Positions 50,082 to 61,529 are shown, numbered from the stretch's first letter. The stretch is DNA of 64,000 nt from Sedimentisphaerales bacterium (GCA_963663805.2 CAXXMR010000008.1:160001-224000); one strand, 5' to 3'. Made by a program: numbers and translations. The notes: generated by a model not told the origin, from the sequence alone.

Positions 50082-52523
50082 CTAGTTCAGCCACTGCTCA
50101 GCCAGCAGAGCGAAATCAGCCATGTCAACCGAACCATCGCCGTTAATATCGGCACTCACTGCCTCGATACCGTTGGCCAAATCAAGGTCAGCGGCGGTAA
50201 CCATGCCGTCACCGTCAACATCACCAGCAGCCCAGCCGCCGGCGGTGCCGAGATTGGCATTGATAACCGCTTCGTCAGCCGCGTCGAAATCGCCGTCGAG
50301 GTCCACATCGCCATAAACCGTGCCCAGCACGTTCAGTACGATAGCGTCAACATCAGCCTTGCTAATCATCAGGTCGCCGTTCATATCGCAGCTCAGGTCC
50401 ATCCAGACCGCTGTATCTTTGTCAGCGAAATCACGTACCTGACCGCGAACCGGCACAACCACCGAACCGCCCACCAGGTCAATCTTCATCTGCTGACGAA
50501 GGCTGGCATAAACATAGTCAATATCATCGGCATCAACCATCCCGTCAGAACCCAGCGGCATAGCACCCGGAGCGGCATCATTGCCCGCCACGTCAGCCAT
50601 TGAAGCACCGTAAGTATAAGCCGCACTGGTAGCCAGAGTCGTACCGAAGTAGTTACCACCAAAGGCAGCGTCAACAGCTACGAAACCAGCCGCACGATTC
50701 AGCTTGCCCGCCTGTATCGCCAGGCCGTCAGCAAAGTAACGCACATCAGCAGCGTCAAAATTACCGTCGCCGTCAAAGTCACCGATAACTTCCGGAATCA
50801 CATAGTCACCTGCCTGGTCACCAGCGGCACCGCCGTTGTCACCTTCAGCCGCAGCGAAACCACGCGGGTCAGCCACAGCAGCCATCAGATTGCTGATGTC
50901 GTTAATATTGCGAACACCGTCATTATTGAAATCACCGGAGATGCGATTACGAGCAGCCAGATTACCGCCGCTTATCGCCGAGCCATCACCATCAAAGTAA
51001 GCGCCAGTCGAGCCATCAGAGTAGGTTGCCCCGCCGGTCAGAACCACGCGCGTGGGAACCTTGCCCGCCGGATTAACACTGCCGAACGCCGGAACTTCCA
51101 GAACATTCCCATTATAGGAGAAGGTCTGCAAGTTGGTATTCAGATTTGTGTTCAACTGGAAATCACTCGGATTCAGCGGGTCCGGTAGATAGGAAATCGA
51201 ATTCATCAGAGTGTAATTGTAAGCCATGTACTCACCCGGCATATTATAATTCTCATCCAGTCCGGGCGAAGAAATGAAATCATCAATACTGGTCAGAATA
51301 TTGTTGATATAGTCAGCCGCATGACTGTTAGCCATCGGAAAAGCACCGCCGGCCGGATTGCCAACTGTCGCAAAAGTCTCAGGACCGCCAATCTGCCAGC
51401 CGTTCGGGTCGATATTATAAAATACCGAACCAAGTGAAGGACGTACAAAAACATCCTGTCCGTCTTTCTTCAGGTTGACAATCTCATATTTACCGGAAGA
51501 AGCATCAACCGCCGAACGACTGCTGCCAAAAAGACCTGTATAACCAAGAGCCAGACGACCATTCTGAACCGCGCCTTCCATCACGCTCGAACCGCCCAGA
51601 TTGCTAACCTGATAATTGGCACCAACGGTGTAATATTGCGACTGGTCTACTTTCGCACCGTAGTTGTCACCACGTCCCCAACTCGGATCAACACCCATAG
51701 TGCTCATCGCGCCATTACGCGTACCCGAACCACTGTCACGCGTAGCAGCCGCCAGGTTTTCACCGTTGGGCATACGACCGGTAATGAACAGATGCTTCAG
51801 TTCATCCTGCGTAACATTTTCAACGCCCGTACCCGCATTAGCGATAAAGCTAATCGGCACCCAGGCAATCTGAGTATCAAACACAGTCAGTGCGTCAGGG
51901 CTCGAAGTATTGGTATTCAAGCCGCCCAGACTCTTGAGCTTATTGCTGCGGGCTCCGGCATCCCAACCGACAACAGGATTCATACCATAACCATCGGTCG
52001 CCGGCAGAGCATCCCACTCCGAATCAACCGAAGAACCCTTGGTAACAAACCAGGTCGTCGGCACATCCATTACGCCAATATCAACATTGTTCGGCATAAT
52101 CGGGGCACCGCCGGGATTAGCAGCATTGTAAACACCGGCAATCGGCCCGCCGGAAGTAACATCGTACCAGAAAGTACGGTTGATTTGACCCGTATCGGTC
52201 GGATCACCGAAAGCCGGAGTGGTATTGTAATAGTTCACCATCTCTGCCAAACCGTTGCCGCTGCCTACGCCGCGATACATTACCACCCACCACGAACTGC
52301 TGCTGTTGTAATTATCCAAGGCCAGCTGGTCCACAGTATAAGTCTGACTGTCAAAACCAAAAATCCCGTCACTATCCACATCAATATAATCATTCGTCGA
52401 AGCCGGTGCCGTAAAAAAATCGGCAAACAGCGTCGCCCCGCTGATATTCACCTGGTGCTGCTGAGCGAAACTACTGCCGCACAACAGAGCCAGACACGCT
52501 AACGTCATGGTAATCTTCTTCAT
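50082..52523 (-). CDS. Secreted protein with a PstS/PBP-like region and multiple dockerin/EF-hand-like repeats
   Basis: Signal peptide MKKITMTLACLALLCGSSFA after AGGAG; ISGAT, GVGSGNG and RDSGSGTR motifs; many GDxD/NxDGxxD repeats; DMADFALLAEQWL. Confidence 0.7.
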   Translation of the reverse strand: MKKITMTLACLALLCGSSFAQQHQVNISGATLFADFFTAPASTNDYIDVDSDGIFGFDSQTYTVDQLALDNYNSSSSWWVVMYRGVGSGNGLAEMVNYYNTTPAFGDPTDTGQINRTFWYDVTSGGPIAGVYNAANPGGAPIMPNNVDIGVMDVPTTWFVTKGSSVDSEWDALPATDGYGMNPVVGWDAGARSNKLKSLGGLNTNTSSPDALTVFDTQIAWVPISFIANAGTGVENVTQDELKHLFITGRMPNGENLAAATRDSGSGTRNGAMSTMGVDPSWGRGDNYGAKVDQSQYYTVGANYQVSNLGGSSVMEGAVQNGRLALGYTGLFGSSRSAVDASSGKYEIVNLKKDGQDVFVRPSLGSVFYNIDPNGWQIGGPETFATVGNPAGGAFPMANSHAADYINNILTSIDDFISSPGLDENYNMPGEYMAYNYTLMNSISYLPDPLNPSDFQLNTNLNTNLQTFSYNGNVLEVPAFGSVNPAGKVPTRVVLTGGATYSDGSTGAYFDGDGSAISGGNLAARNRISGDFNNDGVRNINDISNLMAAVADPRGFAAAEGDNGGAAGDQAGDYVIPEVIGDFDGDGNFDAADVRYFADGLAIQAGKLNRAAGFVAVDAAFGGNYFGTTLATSAAYTYGASMADVAGNDAAPGAMPLGSDGMVDADDIDYVYASLRQQMKIDLVGGSVVVPVRGQVRDFADKDTAVWMDLSCDMNGDLMISKADVDAIVLNVLGTVYGDVDLDGDFDAADEAVINANLGTAGGWAAGDVDGDGMVTAADLDLANGIEAVSADINGDGSVDMADFALLAEQWLN

Positions 52524-52714
52524 GGAATAACTCCTTATAGGTTTATTTTTTTCTTCCCAACCGGAAAACATACACTGAAAATTCAAAACATAACTTCTGA
52601 CTACCTTTTCTATTTCGCGAACAAACCTCCTTTCCAGACAATCGTTTTTCTTTCGCTGTTAAAAATCCGCGAAATCCGTGTAATCCGCGGTTAAAATTCT
52701 CCGTTGCCGTTGGA

Positions 52715-53749
52715 CTACCTGCGATACTTAACATTATTATGACCGCTCAAACTATAGAACCGGTCACCCCATAATCTGTCCTCAATCGTCTCTATTACAT
52801 GCATATTCTCAACGCGACCATCACAGAACAGAAAATTAGCCGTCCCGCCCAGCTCCTTATCAACCGAACCGCCACCCGGATGATGGCGACCGATAGCGTT
52901 CAATGCGTATATACTGCCCGTCCCCAGAATGTCCGTCTGACGCTCGATCTCACGCTCCGACAAAATCCCAAAATTATCCGCGTCAGTCCCGCATACAAAA
53001 CCCGGAGTGCCCGTCGGTATCTGATAATATGCGTTGGTATTGAAACCTGCCGAAACATGCCAGAAAGGTGTCACAGGCCGATGGCTCTTACTCAAAACCG
53101 AACCACTGCTGCCCGTCCCCACCGCCTTCCAGTTCTTGGTGAACTCACTGGCCAGAATAACATTACCGGAATTCCTGACCTCAGCCGTTTTCACAAACCG
53201 GTTCACACGCACACCGCCCAGATTCGTCGTAAACTTGTTACGAGGTACCAACGCCGCGTTCGCCGTATATGCCATACGAGGTGCCTGCTTGTCTTCCAGC
53301 CCGTTGGGATTCGACTGACCATTCTGGTCCACCTGGTCACCTTCCCAGTCTGTCGAGTTAGAACCCGGATTCGTACGAGGGGCCCCGCCATTGCGAACCG
53401 CCGCACAACTGAATACATCAGGGCTCACCTCACCACTTTCAAACAAATAATAAGACCAGTGAAGATAACCAAAATCATGACCGGCGTCCTGACCCTGAAT
53501 ATCGAAGCTCCCCGAATCATTATAGGGATACAAATAAGAAGCCGGATAAAAATCCTTATTCTCAACCGTATAAATCATCATCGCCTGACCAACCGTCCGG
53601 GCATTTGTCATGCACTTGACCTTGTATGCCTGCTGGCGTGCCTTGCCAACCGCCGGCAGCAGAATACTGACCAGCATCGCGATGATAGCCACAACCACCA
53701 GAAGTTCGATGAGTGTAAACCCGGATTTGCCATTTGCCTTTTTTGTCAT
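52715..53749 (-). CDS. Prepilin-type N-terminal cleavage/methylation protein (DUF1559 / H-X9-DG type)
   Basis: GFTLIELLVVVAIIAMLVSILLP; RHH...ANFLFCDG. Confidence 0.9.
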   Translation of the reverse strand: MTKKANGKSGFTLIELLVVVAIIAMLVSILLPAVGKARQQAYKVKCMTNARTVGQAMMIYTVENKDFYPASYLYPYNDSGSFDIQGQDAGHDFGYLHWSYYLFESGEVSPDVFSCAAVRNGGAPRTNPGSNSTDWEGDQVDQNGQSNPNGLEDKQAPRMAYTANAALVPRNKFTTNLGGVRVNRFVKTAEVRNSGNVILASEFTKNWKAVGTGSSGSVLSKSHRPVTPFWHVSAGFNTNAYYQIPTGTPGFVCGTDADNFGILSEREIERQTDILGTGSIYALNAIGRHHPGGGSVDKELGGTANFLFCDGRVENMHVIETIEDRLWGDRFYSLSGHNNVKYRR

Positions 53750-54153
53750 TTCTTAACCCTTTTTCTAATGTCCAATTTTCTAACAAGAATCGCTACTGAA
53801 ACAATGAACTACTCCTCAGTTCAATCTACCATAGGCCTGAATCTCCATTTTCTGCTTGGGTTACCTGTTTCGATTTCTGACAAACAATCATTTGGCCCAA
53901 GTCTAAGCCCCCCATGTTTCCTCCCGATTAGCCCTTTATTGGAACAAAATTTTCTTTCAATTAGCATTTTATGTGGCCCCGCCTTTAACACCTTAGCACC
54001 GTAAAAGCCTACTATGCCCAGGTCTACACTTTCATAGAGATTCCCCCGCCAATACCAGTATGGCCGATGCGCACCCAACCCCGAAGAAATCGAGCAGCAA
54101 TACTAAAACTTCTGCCGAAAAATCCTCGCCAGCGTAAATTTTAAAAAATAAAT

Positions 54154-54948
54154 CTAACCCACCACTGCGTATTTCTCACGATAACCGCCCGGAGTACAAC
54201 CATAATAACGCCGAAACGCCCGATAGAAATGGGCTGCCTCGCCATACCCCACCGTCCTGCCCACCTCTTTTATCGCCCGCGAAGTCTCCCGCAAAAGCCG
54301 CCCCGCCCTCTCCATCCGCATTTCCATCAGATACTGATACGGGCTAATCCCCAGCTCCCGCCGAAACAACGCCCGAAAATGGCTCACCGAATAACCCATT
54401 AACTCCGCCATATCATCCGGTCCAATCTTATCACCCAGATGCCGACCCAGCCATTCCAGCAAATCACCCAAACCACCCCGCCGAGTCTCCAAAGCCTCAA
54501 CATGCCGCCCCCGTTCCAGCTCACCCACCATCAAAGTCAGCAACGCCCGCCGCATTTCCACTACCAGACCACTCTGCTCCTGATAAGCCAGCTCCAAAGA
54601 CCGCCGAACATAATCCTCTATCAGCACCCCACGCGAACCAGCATAAAGCTCATACCCGCAAACCTTCCCCGCCAGCCGACCAAAAGGCTCACCCGCCGCC
54701 CCATACTCAACCACAAAATGACAAACACTAACCTTACTAACCTCCGCAACCGTATACCCCCTAAACAGCGTATCAGGATAAAGCAGCAAAACCCCCTTAC
54801 TCTCCACCACAACATCCTCCAAATCATTAACCCGCACCAGAACCTCCCCTTCATGAACATAAAACAAATCAAAACATTCCCAAACCGCAGGCCCAATCGC
54901 CCGCGAATCATGAAACTCACCCAATAAATGTTTAATTATCCGAACCAT
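54154..54948 (-). CDS. AraC family transcriptional regulator
   Basis: SVSHFRALFRRELGISPYQY; VGYGEAAHFYRAFRRYYGCTP. Confidence 0.9.
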   Translation of the reverse strand: MVRIIKHLLGEFHDSRAIGPAVWECFDLFYVHEGEVLVRVNDLEDVVVESKGVLLLYPDTLFRGYTVAEVSKVSVCHFVVEYGAAGEPFGRLAGKVCGYELYAGSRGVLIEDYVRRSLELAYQEQSGLVVEMRRALLTLMVGELERGRHVEALETRRGGLGDLLEWLGRHLGDKIGPDDMAELMGYSVSHFRALFRRELGISPYQYLMEMRMERAGRLLRETSRAIKEVGRTVGYGEAAHFYRAFRRYYGCTPGGYREKYAVVG

Positions 54949-55345
54949 AGAACCATTTAACCAAACCACCAACAAAAGCCGAGCCGCCTAAGCGGACGGA
55001 TAAGACCACCAACCATCATATCCACCCCAACCACATCGGACGTTAATATACTTGCCAACCAACCAAGCGACCAACGGAAGCGCCAAATACGCCAAACGAC
55101 CGCGGCGATCAATCAGTGCGATAAGCACCTCCGCCAAAGGCGGCACCTCGCCGTTAATCGGACCTCTGATTTCTAATCTCTGACATCTTCGGCCCAAGGC
55201 CGACGCCTCCTGCCTTCCTCACCACTTCCAATCATATAATACAAAAAAAACCATCGTTTTTGGCAATATTAATCTCAAATAAACCCAATATAATTAATCT
55301 AAAGATAAACATAATAATCATATTATCCAATAAGGAAAAATAACC

Positions 55346-56464
55346 ATGACTACCCAAATGACCTCCCGCCAAAGAGTTAAAGCCGCCCTGAACTACCAGC
55401 CACCCGACCGGATCCCCTGTAATGAAAGCCCCTGGCCCGACACTCTTCAGCTCTGGCGCAACCAGGGCATGCCCGCCGACATCTCACTCGCCGACTATTT
55501 TGATTTCGACATCTGCACCATGGCCCTGGACTGCTCACCCCGATACGAACAGAAAATAATTTCCCAGGACTCCCAATGGATAACCTACCAGGACCGCTGG
55601 GGATATTCCGCCACCAAGCAGTTCGGCAAAGCCTCAACCATCCACTTCTTCGACCAAAAAACCCCCGACAAAACCGCCTGGCAAAACAGCAAACACCGCT
55701 GGCAGCTTTCAACCGACCCCAACGAATCCGCCCGCATCGACTCCGCCTCCTACTTCGGCCATTTCGACCCTTACCCAACCTGGCCCCAAGCGAAAAATAT
55801 ATATAACGACATCTACGCCCAAAACCGCTATATGCTATTCGAAGTCTACGGCCCCTGGGAAGCAACCTGGCGCCACCACGGCTACGAAAACCAGCTCATG
55901 ACCATCGCCCTCGACCCCGACTGGCTCAAGGAAATGGCCCAGGCCCACATCGACCTCATCATCGCCGTAATGAAAAAATGCCTCGAACTAAACATCAAAC
56001 CCGACGGCCTGTTAATCGCTGAGGACCTCGCCGCAACCCGCGGCCTGCTCTTCTCACCAGAGTCCTGGCGACAAATCTTCAAAACCATGATAAACCAGCT
56101 CGGCCAATTCCTTAAACAGAACCAGATTGATTTCTGGATGCACTGCTGCGGCAACGCAGAGGCACTTTTCGAAGACCTCATCGATTGCGGCCTGCAAGTA
56201 ATGAACCCCCTCCAGGCCAACACAGGCCTCAACGTCGCCGAGCTAACCCAAAAATACAAAAACCGACTCGCGTTCTACGGCAACATCTCCGCCCCCAAAA
56301 TGTCAGGACCAATCGAAGAGCTCGAACAGGAAATTAAATCAAAAGTACAAAACGCCCGAAACGGAGGATACATCTTCCACTCCGACCATTCCGTCCCCCC
56401 CCAGGTAGACTTCCAGAGATACCAGTGGATAATCAAAAAAGTTCGCCAATACGCCGACAAATAA
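55346..56464 (+). CDS. Uroporphyrinogen decarboxylase / MtaA-CmuA-like family protein
   Basis: MTSRQRV..PPDRIP, HCCG, FYGNI, GYIFHSDHSVPP. Confidence 0.85.
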   Translation: MTTQMTSRQRVKAALNYQPPDRIPCNESPWPDTLQLWRNQGMPADISLADYFDFDICTMALDCSPRYEQKIISQDSQWITYQDRWGYSATKQFGKASTIHFFDQKTPDKTAWQNSKHRWQLSTDPNESARIDSASYFGHFDPYPTWPQAKNIYNDIYAQNRYMLFEVYGPWEATWRHHGYENQLMTIALDPDWLKEMAQAHIDLIIAVMKKCLELNIKPDGLLIAEDLAATRGLLFSPESWRQIFKTMINQLGQFLKQNQIDFWMHCCGNAEALFEDLIDCGLQVMNPLQANTGLNVAELTQKYKNRLAFYGNISAPKMSGPIEELEQEIKSKVQNARNGGYIFHSDHSVPPQVDFQRYQWIIKKVRQYADK

Positions 56465-56532
56465 ACTCCAACTTAAGACCCAAATTCCCCCAAAAAACGC
56501 CAAAAAAACAAGAAAACAAGGTTTTTTTGCCC

Positions 56533-56580
56533 AAAAATCGTCAAAAACCGGTCATCTCAGGCCAAACCGCGCCGATTTTT
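56533..56580 (+). repeat. 48-bp dispersed intergenic repeat, copy 1
   Basis: 42/48 identical to the reverse complement of 62958-63005. Confidence 0.7.
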
Positions 56581-56591
56581 CACCGCGACGC

Positions 56592-57014
56592 TTACTCATG
56601 CCCCCCGCATAAAAAATCTGGTAGCCCCTTCAGTTTCCCCGTCTCATCCACATGCACCAGCACCGTCTTACCCTCCGCCACAACCTGTTTGCTGTCCTTA
56701 CTCCTCAATATGTACGTATGCTCCAGCCGGACCCGGTCGGCCCGGCTTTCTTCGGTAGTGAGCAGCAATTCTTCGTCATAACGGGCTGGCCGACGATAGC
56801 GAACCTCCAGCTTCGCCACCACCAGAATAAAGCCATTTTCCTCTAATGTCTTGTAATCATAGCCATTTACACGCAACAGCTCCGTACGGCCCATCTCAAA
56901 ATAGACCGCATAACGGCTATGATGCACCGCACCCTGTTGGTCAACCTCGCAGTAACGAACCCTGACAGGTATTTCACAACTCTTTATAGAACAGTGATTT
57001 GTATTGACGGACAT
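56592..57014 (-). CDS. Acyl-CoA thioesterase (YbgC/FadM hot-dog fold)
   Basis: VRYCEVDQQGAVHHSRYAVYFEMGR. Confidence 0.9.
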   Translation of the reverse strand: MSVNTNHCSIKSCEIPVRVRYCEVDQQGAVHHSRYAVYFEMGRTELLRVNGYDYKTLEENGFILVVAKLEVRYRRPARYDEELLLTTEESRADRVRLEHTYILRSKDSKQVVAEGKTVLVHVDETGKLKGLPDFLCGGHE

Positions 57015-57260
57015 CGATAATACCTCTCGATTTTATTCGTGTAATCCCAAAAAACTTTCCCATTTTTAACACTGATAAGACCGTTTAACCAGAATCTTTT
57101 GCGCAAAATCACTTAAAACACCATTTTCGGCACATTTTTCAGGGATGAAGGCTTTTTTTGCTTGAATTATAAAAATTTGCCCCTAAACTAAAAACTCTTT
57201 ATAGGTTAAGCCGATAGTAACATGGAGTATGTTTTTTTTAGATTGGAGTTGAGTGCTATT

Positions 57261-57455
57261 ATGATAAAGATTAAAGCCCGTGGTGGCGAATCTATCCAGC
57301 AGATGATGAAACGCTTTAAGAAGCTTTGCGAGAAAGAAGGTCTCATCAAAGACATCAAGAAACAGAGTTATTACGAGAAGCCTTCTGAAAAGCGTCGTCG
57401 TACCATGGCCAAGGCCCGTATCAATGCGGCCAGGGCCCTGCGCGAAAACTCCTAA
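57261..57455 (+). CDS. rpsU: 30S ribosomal protein bS21
   Basis: ESIQQMMKRFKKLCEKEG...YYEKPSEKRR. Confidence 0.95.
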   Translation: MIKIKARGGESIQQMMKRFKKLCEKEGLIKDIKKQSYYEKPSEKRRRTMAKARINAARALRENS

Positions 57456-57524
57456 GTAGTCATATAAAATATAGTTACACCTGATTCCCGGAGTGCGAAG
57501 GAGCTCGCCCGGACTCAGGTTCGG

Positions 57525-57575
57525 CAATACAAGGCGTTGATTGTGCGCCTTGGGGGCCACATCAGGCCCAGTGCA
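57525..57575 (+). ncRNA. Candidate Na+-I (DUF1646-motif) riboswitch
   Basis: Hairpin caaggc-GTTGATTGTGC-gccttg followed by gggcc-acatca-ggccCAGT, upstream of a Na+-type PPase; resemblance to the family consensus is from memory only. Confidence 0.45.
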
Positions 57576-57716
57576 TGGAGGCCGGGGCGGGGGAGAAAGC
57601 CTGGTCGTATCTTTTCAAACGATAATTGTAGTAACCGTTTATACGGACAGTGTTTAGCTAGGATTTCGGTAATGTAACCAAATCCGAGTAACTACTCACC
57701 GCGAAAGGAGACAGTC

Positions 57717-60299
57717 GTGAGCAGAACAAAAAAATATGGTAAATGGTCCCTGTTATTAGTGCTGATAACGGCATGTATAGCAATGACCGCAGGCGTAGCG
57801 TCAGCCCAGGAAGCTGAAATGGCCCACGAGGGAGCCGCGGGACACAGTCTCAGCGACATCCCCACAATCTGGCTGATTGCCCCGATTATGGCCTTCATTG
57901 CCCTGTTCATGGCCTGGAAGTTCTATCTGGAAGTCAAGGCCGCCAATCCCGGCGATGCGAAAATGCAGGAAATCGCTCAGCACGTCACCGACGGGGCCAT
58001 GGCCTACCTCAAACGGCAGTACAAAGTTGTTACGGTATTCTTTATCGCCGTTAGTGCTATACTTTTCCTGATGGGCTGGGTTTGGCATGTCCAGCACAAG
58101 ATTGTGTTCATCGCCTTCCTCACCGGCGGATTCTTCAGTGGTCTCTGCGGCTGGTTCGGCATGAAAACCGCTACGCTGGCCAGTAACCGGACCACTCAGG
58201 GCGCCAAAGAAAGCCTCAATCGCGGTCTTCAGGTCGCCTTCCGTGCTGGTGCCGTTATGGGCCTGGTGGTCGTAGGTTTCGGCCTGCTCGACATTTGCGG
58301 CTGGTTCGTCGGCCTAACCTATTTCTCGGACATGAGCCTCGTGGAAATCACCGTGGTTATGCTTACCTTTGGTATGGGTGCCAGTTCTCAGGCTCTTTTT
58401 GCCCGTGTTGGCGGTGGTATTTACACCAAAGCCGCTGACGTTGGTGCCGACCTGGTCGGTAAAGTCGAAGCCGGTATCCCCGAAGATGACCCACGTAACC
58501 CCGCTACCATTGCTGATAACGTCGGTGACAACGTCGGTGACGTTGCCGGCATGGGTGCCGACCTTTATGAAAGTTACTGCGGTTCAATCCTAGCTACCGC
58601 TGCCCTGGGTGTTTCCGCCGCGGTATCCCTGGGACTGAACATCGCGGACACCATGAAAATGCTCGCCGCCCCGATGGTCCTTGCTGGTGTCGGTATCCTC
58701 ATGAGCATCATTGGTATTTACATGGTAAAGACCAAAGATGACGCATCCATGAAGGAACTAATGGCCGCACTTATGCGGGGCCTGGTGGGTTCCAGCTTCC
58801 TTATCCTCGCCGCCGCCGGAGTAGTAATGTGGTACATGCTCGGCGGAATCCCCGGCGTAAGCTGGCTGGGTATTTTTGGCGCTATCATTGTAGGTATGCT
58901 TGCTGGCTTGGTCATTGGTAAAGCTACCGAAGTCTATACCAGTTACGATTACAAACCTACTCAGGATGTTGCCGCTAATGGCGAAACTGGGGCCGCGACC
59001 GTCATTATTGCCGGTATCGCCGAAGGTATGAAATCAACCTGGATGTCACTGGCAACGGTTATTGTTGCTATTATTCTGGCCTACAGCTTCTCCGGCGGTG
59101 GTGAAAGCACCCTGCTCGGTCTTTATGGCGTAGGTATCGCCGCGGTTTCCATGCTGGCTACGCTGGGTATTTCGCTGGCAACTGACGCTTATGGTCCTAT
59201 CGCCGACAATGCCGGCGGTAATGCGGAAATGACCCATCAGGACCCCTCCGTCCGCAAAAAAACCGACGCCCTCGACTCTCTCGGCAACACTACCGCCGCT
59301 ATGGGTAAGGGTTTCGCCATTGGCTCTGCCGCTCTGACAGCCCTGGCTCTGTTGGCGGCCTATGTCGAAGAAGTTCGTATAGGTTTTGTTCGTGAAGCCG
59401 GAGTCGAAGCCATCACCATGGAAATGACCGAAGGTCAGGTCGCACATATTCGCAGCGGTAAGTTCTGTGCCATCCTCGACGGCAAAACGCTGGGGCTGAT
59501 GAGTCTGACCAATCAGCATAATATTGGTCTGACCGGCAACTATAGCGGTATCATTCCTGGTGCCACTTTGGTCGAGAATCCTGACGACCCCGACCATTTT
59601 GCTTTGAATCTTCCCGCCGCCGATGTAGATGGCGAATCGGTTGACCCCAAGGCTTTCACTGTGGTTAGTGTCGAAAAAGCCTCGCTCCGTGAGTTCATGG
59701 ACTATTACGGTGTCAACCTCATGAACCCCAAAGTACTTTGCGGTATCTTCGCCGGTGTATTGCTGGTGTTCCTGTTCAGTGCTTTGACGATGAAGGCTGT
59801 CGGTCGGGCCGCCATGGCGATGGTCATGGAAGTACGTCGTCAGTTCAAGGAAATTCCCGGCATTCTCGAAGGTACAGGCACCCCTGAATATGCCAAGTGT
59901 GTAGCTATCTCCACCGCCGGCGCTCAGAAGGAAATGGTTCTGCCTTCACTGCTGGCTTTGGCGGTTCCGATCGGTGTTGGCCTGCTGCTTGACGTAGCCG
60001 GTGTACTCGGTCTGCTGGCAGGTGGTTTAGCCTGTGGTTTCGCCATGGCTATCTTTATGGCAAACGCTGGCGGTGCCTGGGACAATGCCAAGAAGTACGT
60101 CGAAACCGGCAAGTACGGCGGTAAGGGCTCCGATGCCCACAAAGCTACTGTTGTCGGCGATACCGTGGGCGACCCGTTCAAAGACACTTCCGGCCCCAGC
60201 TTGAACATTCTCATCAAGCTGATGAGTATGGTTTCGGTTGTGTTCGCCGGCCTGATCGTCAAGTTCGCTCCGATTATCGCTGACAAACTGGGCATCTAA
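57717..60299 (+). CDS. hppA: K+-dependent membrane pyrophosphatase, Na+(,H+)-translocating type
   Basis: [26 protein letters not shown] (Ala = K+-dependent); DLYESY; T/F/D/M pattern in [13 protein letters not shown] and TFGMG, as in Na+,H+-PPases. Confidence 0.93.
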   Translation: MSRTKKYGKWSLLLVLITACIAMTAGVASAQEAEMAHEGAAGHSLSDIPTIWLIAPIMAFIALFMAWKFYLEVKAANPGDAKMQEIAQHVTDGAMAYLKRQYKVVTVFFIAVSAILFLMGWVWHVQHKIVFIAFLTGGFFSGLCGWFGMKTATLASNRTTQGAKESLNRGLQVAFRAGAVMGLVVVGFGLLDICGWFVGLTYFSDMSLVEITVVMLTFGMGASSQALFARVGGGIYTKAADVGADLVGKVEAGIPEDDPRNPATIADNVGDNVGDVAGMGADLYESYCGSILATAALGVSAAVSLGLNIADTMKMLAAPMVLAGVGILMSIIGIYMVKTKDDASMKELMAALMRGLVGSSFLILAAAGVVMWYMLGGIPGVSWLGIFGAIIVGMLAGLVIGKATEVYTSYDYKPTQDVAANGETGAATVIIAGIAEGMKSTWMSLATVIVAIILAYSFSGGGESTLLGLYGVGIAAVSMLATLGISLATDAYGPIADNAGGNAEMTHQDPSVRKKTDALDSLGNTTAAMGKGFAIGSAALTALALLAAYVEEVRIGFVREAGVEAITMEMTEGQVAHIRSGKFCAILDGKTLGLMSLTNQHNIGLTGNYSGIIPGATLVENPDDPDHFALNLPAADVDGESVDPKAFTVVSVEKASLREFMDYYGVNLMNPKVLCGIFAGVLLVFLFSALTMKAVGRAAMAMVMEVRRQFKEIPGILEGTGTPEYAKCVAISTAGAQKEMVLPSLLALAVPIGVGLLLDVAGVLGLLAGGLACGFAMAIFMANAGGAWDNAKKYVETGKYGGKGSDAHKATVVGDTVGDPFKDTSGPSLNILIKLMSMVSVVFAGLIVKFAPIIADKLGI

Positions 60300-60347
60300 A
60301 ACCGCCCATATCCCGATAACCTTTCGGGAAGATTATTTTATAAATAT

Positions 60348-60385
60348 CCGGTCGGTGTTATTAATTTAGCACCGACCGGTTTTTT
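60348..60385 (+). terminator. Intrinsic terminator of hppA
   Basis: ccggtcggtg/caccgaccgg stem followed by T6. Confidence 0.8.
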
Positions 60386-60500
60386 GTATAAACATAATTT
60401 GAGTAGGATTATGAATGGTTACCATATTTTTATAACTGGGTATCCGTCCAATTTGGAATCCAATTCCATATTAGACGCACATTCATTGATTTTCAGGCCC

Positions 60501-61529
60501 TTAATTGCGATAGTTCGTTAAAACGCTGTTGGCAATATCTTCACTGATAATCCCTTGCTTGAGCAGGCCGGTAATGGAGTCATTCATGGTCACCATGTTA
60601 TAGCGGGTGCCGGAGGCGATTACGTTGCGCAGCAGGAACGCACCGCGTCGGCGGATGATATTTTTCGCTGCGTCGGTGACAACCATAACTTCCGATGCCA
60701 CTCTTTTGCCGCCGTTGGTAGTGGAGAGCAGTTCCTGATGAATAACCGCGCGCAAACAGTCTGCCAGCAGAAAACGCATGTGGGTTTCTTCTTCCGGCGG
60801 AGCATAACTCAATAGCCGCTCGATTATTTTATCAATCGAGATAATATGCAGGGTGGAGAGCACCAGGCAGCCGGTCTCGGCGGCGTTCAAGGCGATTTTA
60901 ATCGTTTCATAGTCACGCATCTCACCGATAGCGATGACGTCGGGATCCTGCCGAAGGGCCGCGCGCAGGCCGGTGCCGAAGGTGCTGGTGTCCCGACCGA
61001 TTTCACGCTGACGCACGATACCTTTTTTGTTGGTATGTAGATATTCAATCGGGTCTTCGATGGTTACAATGTGTTTTTGGTAGTGGCTGTTGATATGATC
61101 GAGCATGGCAGCCATGGTAGTGGTTTTACCCTGGCTGGTACTGCCGGTAATCAGAATAAGCCCCTTGGTGAGATTGGCACACTGAGCGACTACCATTGGC
61201 AATTGCAGTTCGGTAATTGTAAGCGGCCTTTCCGGCAGCAAACGAATTACCGCACCGACAGTGCCGTTAAACTTAGCTATATTAATACGATAGCGACCGT
61301 TCGCGTCAGCCTTCATGATGTCCATATCGAGCTTTTCGTCGAAGGCGAGCTTCTGGTCTTCGTCCAGCAAAGAAAACGCCAGAGAGCGGGCCTGCTCAGC
61401 GTTGATAGGTTCGCGGGTGACGGGTTTCAGTTCCCGACCGACCCGGAACAATACCGGCGAGTCCGCGGCGATGTGAATGTCAGCAGCGCCCTGGGCGTGG
61501 GCGTGATTGAGTAGTTCTTCTATGGTCAC
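60501..61529 (-). CDS. pilT: PilT/PilU-family type IV pilus ATPase
   Basis: GSTSQGKTTT, TIEDPIEY, ALRQDPD, GEMRD, STLH. Confidence 0.88.
   Translation of the reverse strand: MTIEELLNHAHAQGAADIHIAADSPVLFRVGRELKPVTREPINAEQARSLAFSLLDEDQKLAFDEKLDMDIMKADANGRYRINIAKFNGTVGAVIRLLPERPLTITELQLPMVVAQCANLTKGLILITGSTSQGKTTTMAAMLDHINSHYQKHIVTIEDPIEYLHTNKKGIVRQREIGRDTSTFGTGLRAALRQDPDVIAIGEMRDYETIKIALNAAETGCLVLSTLHIISIDKIIERLLSYAPPEEETHMRFLLADCLRAVIHQELLSTTNGGKRVASEVMVVTDAAKNIIRRRGAFLLRNVIASGTRYNMVTMNDSITGLLKQGIISEDIANSVLTNYRN

Noticed and set aside
57478..57620. 6S RNA or tRNA after rpsU
   Set aside because: No long closing stem with central bubble and no cloverleaf; no tRNA or rRNA was recognised anywhere in the window.
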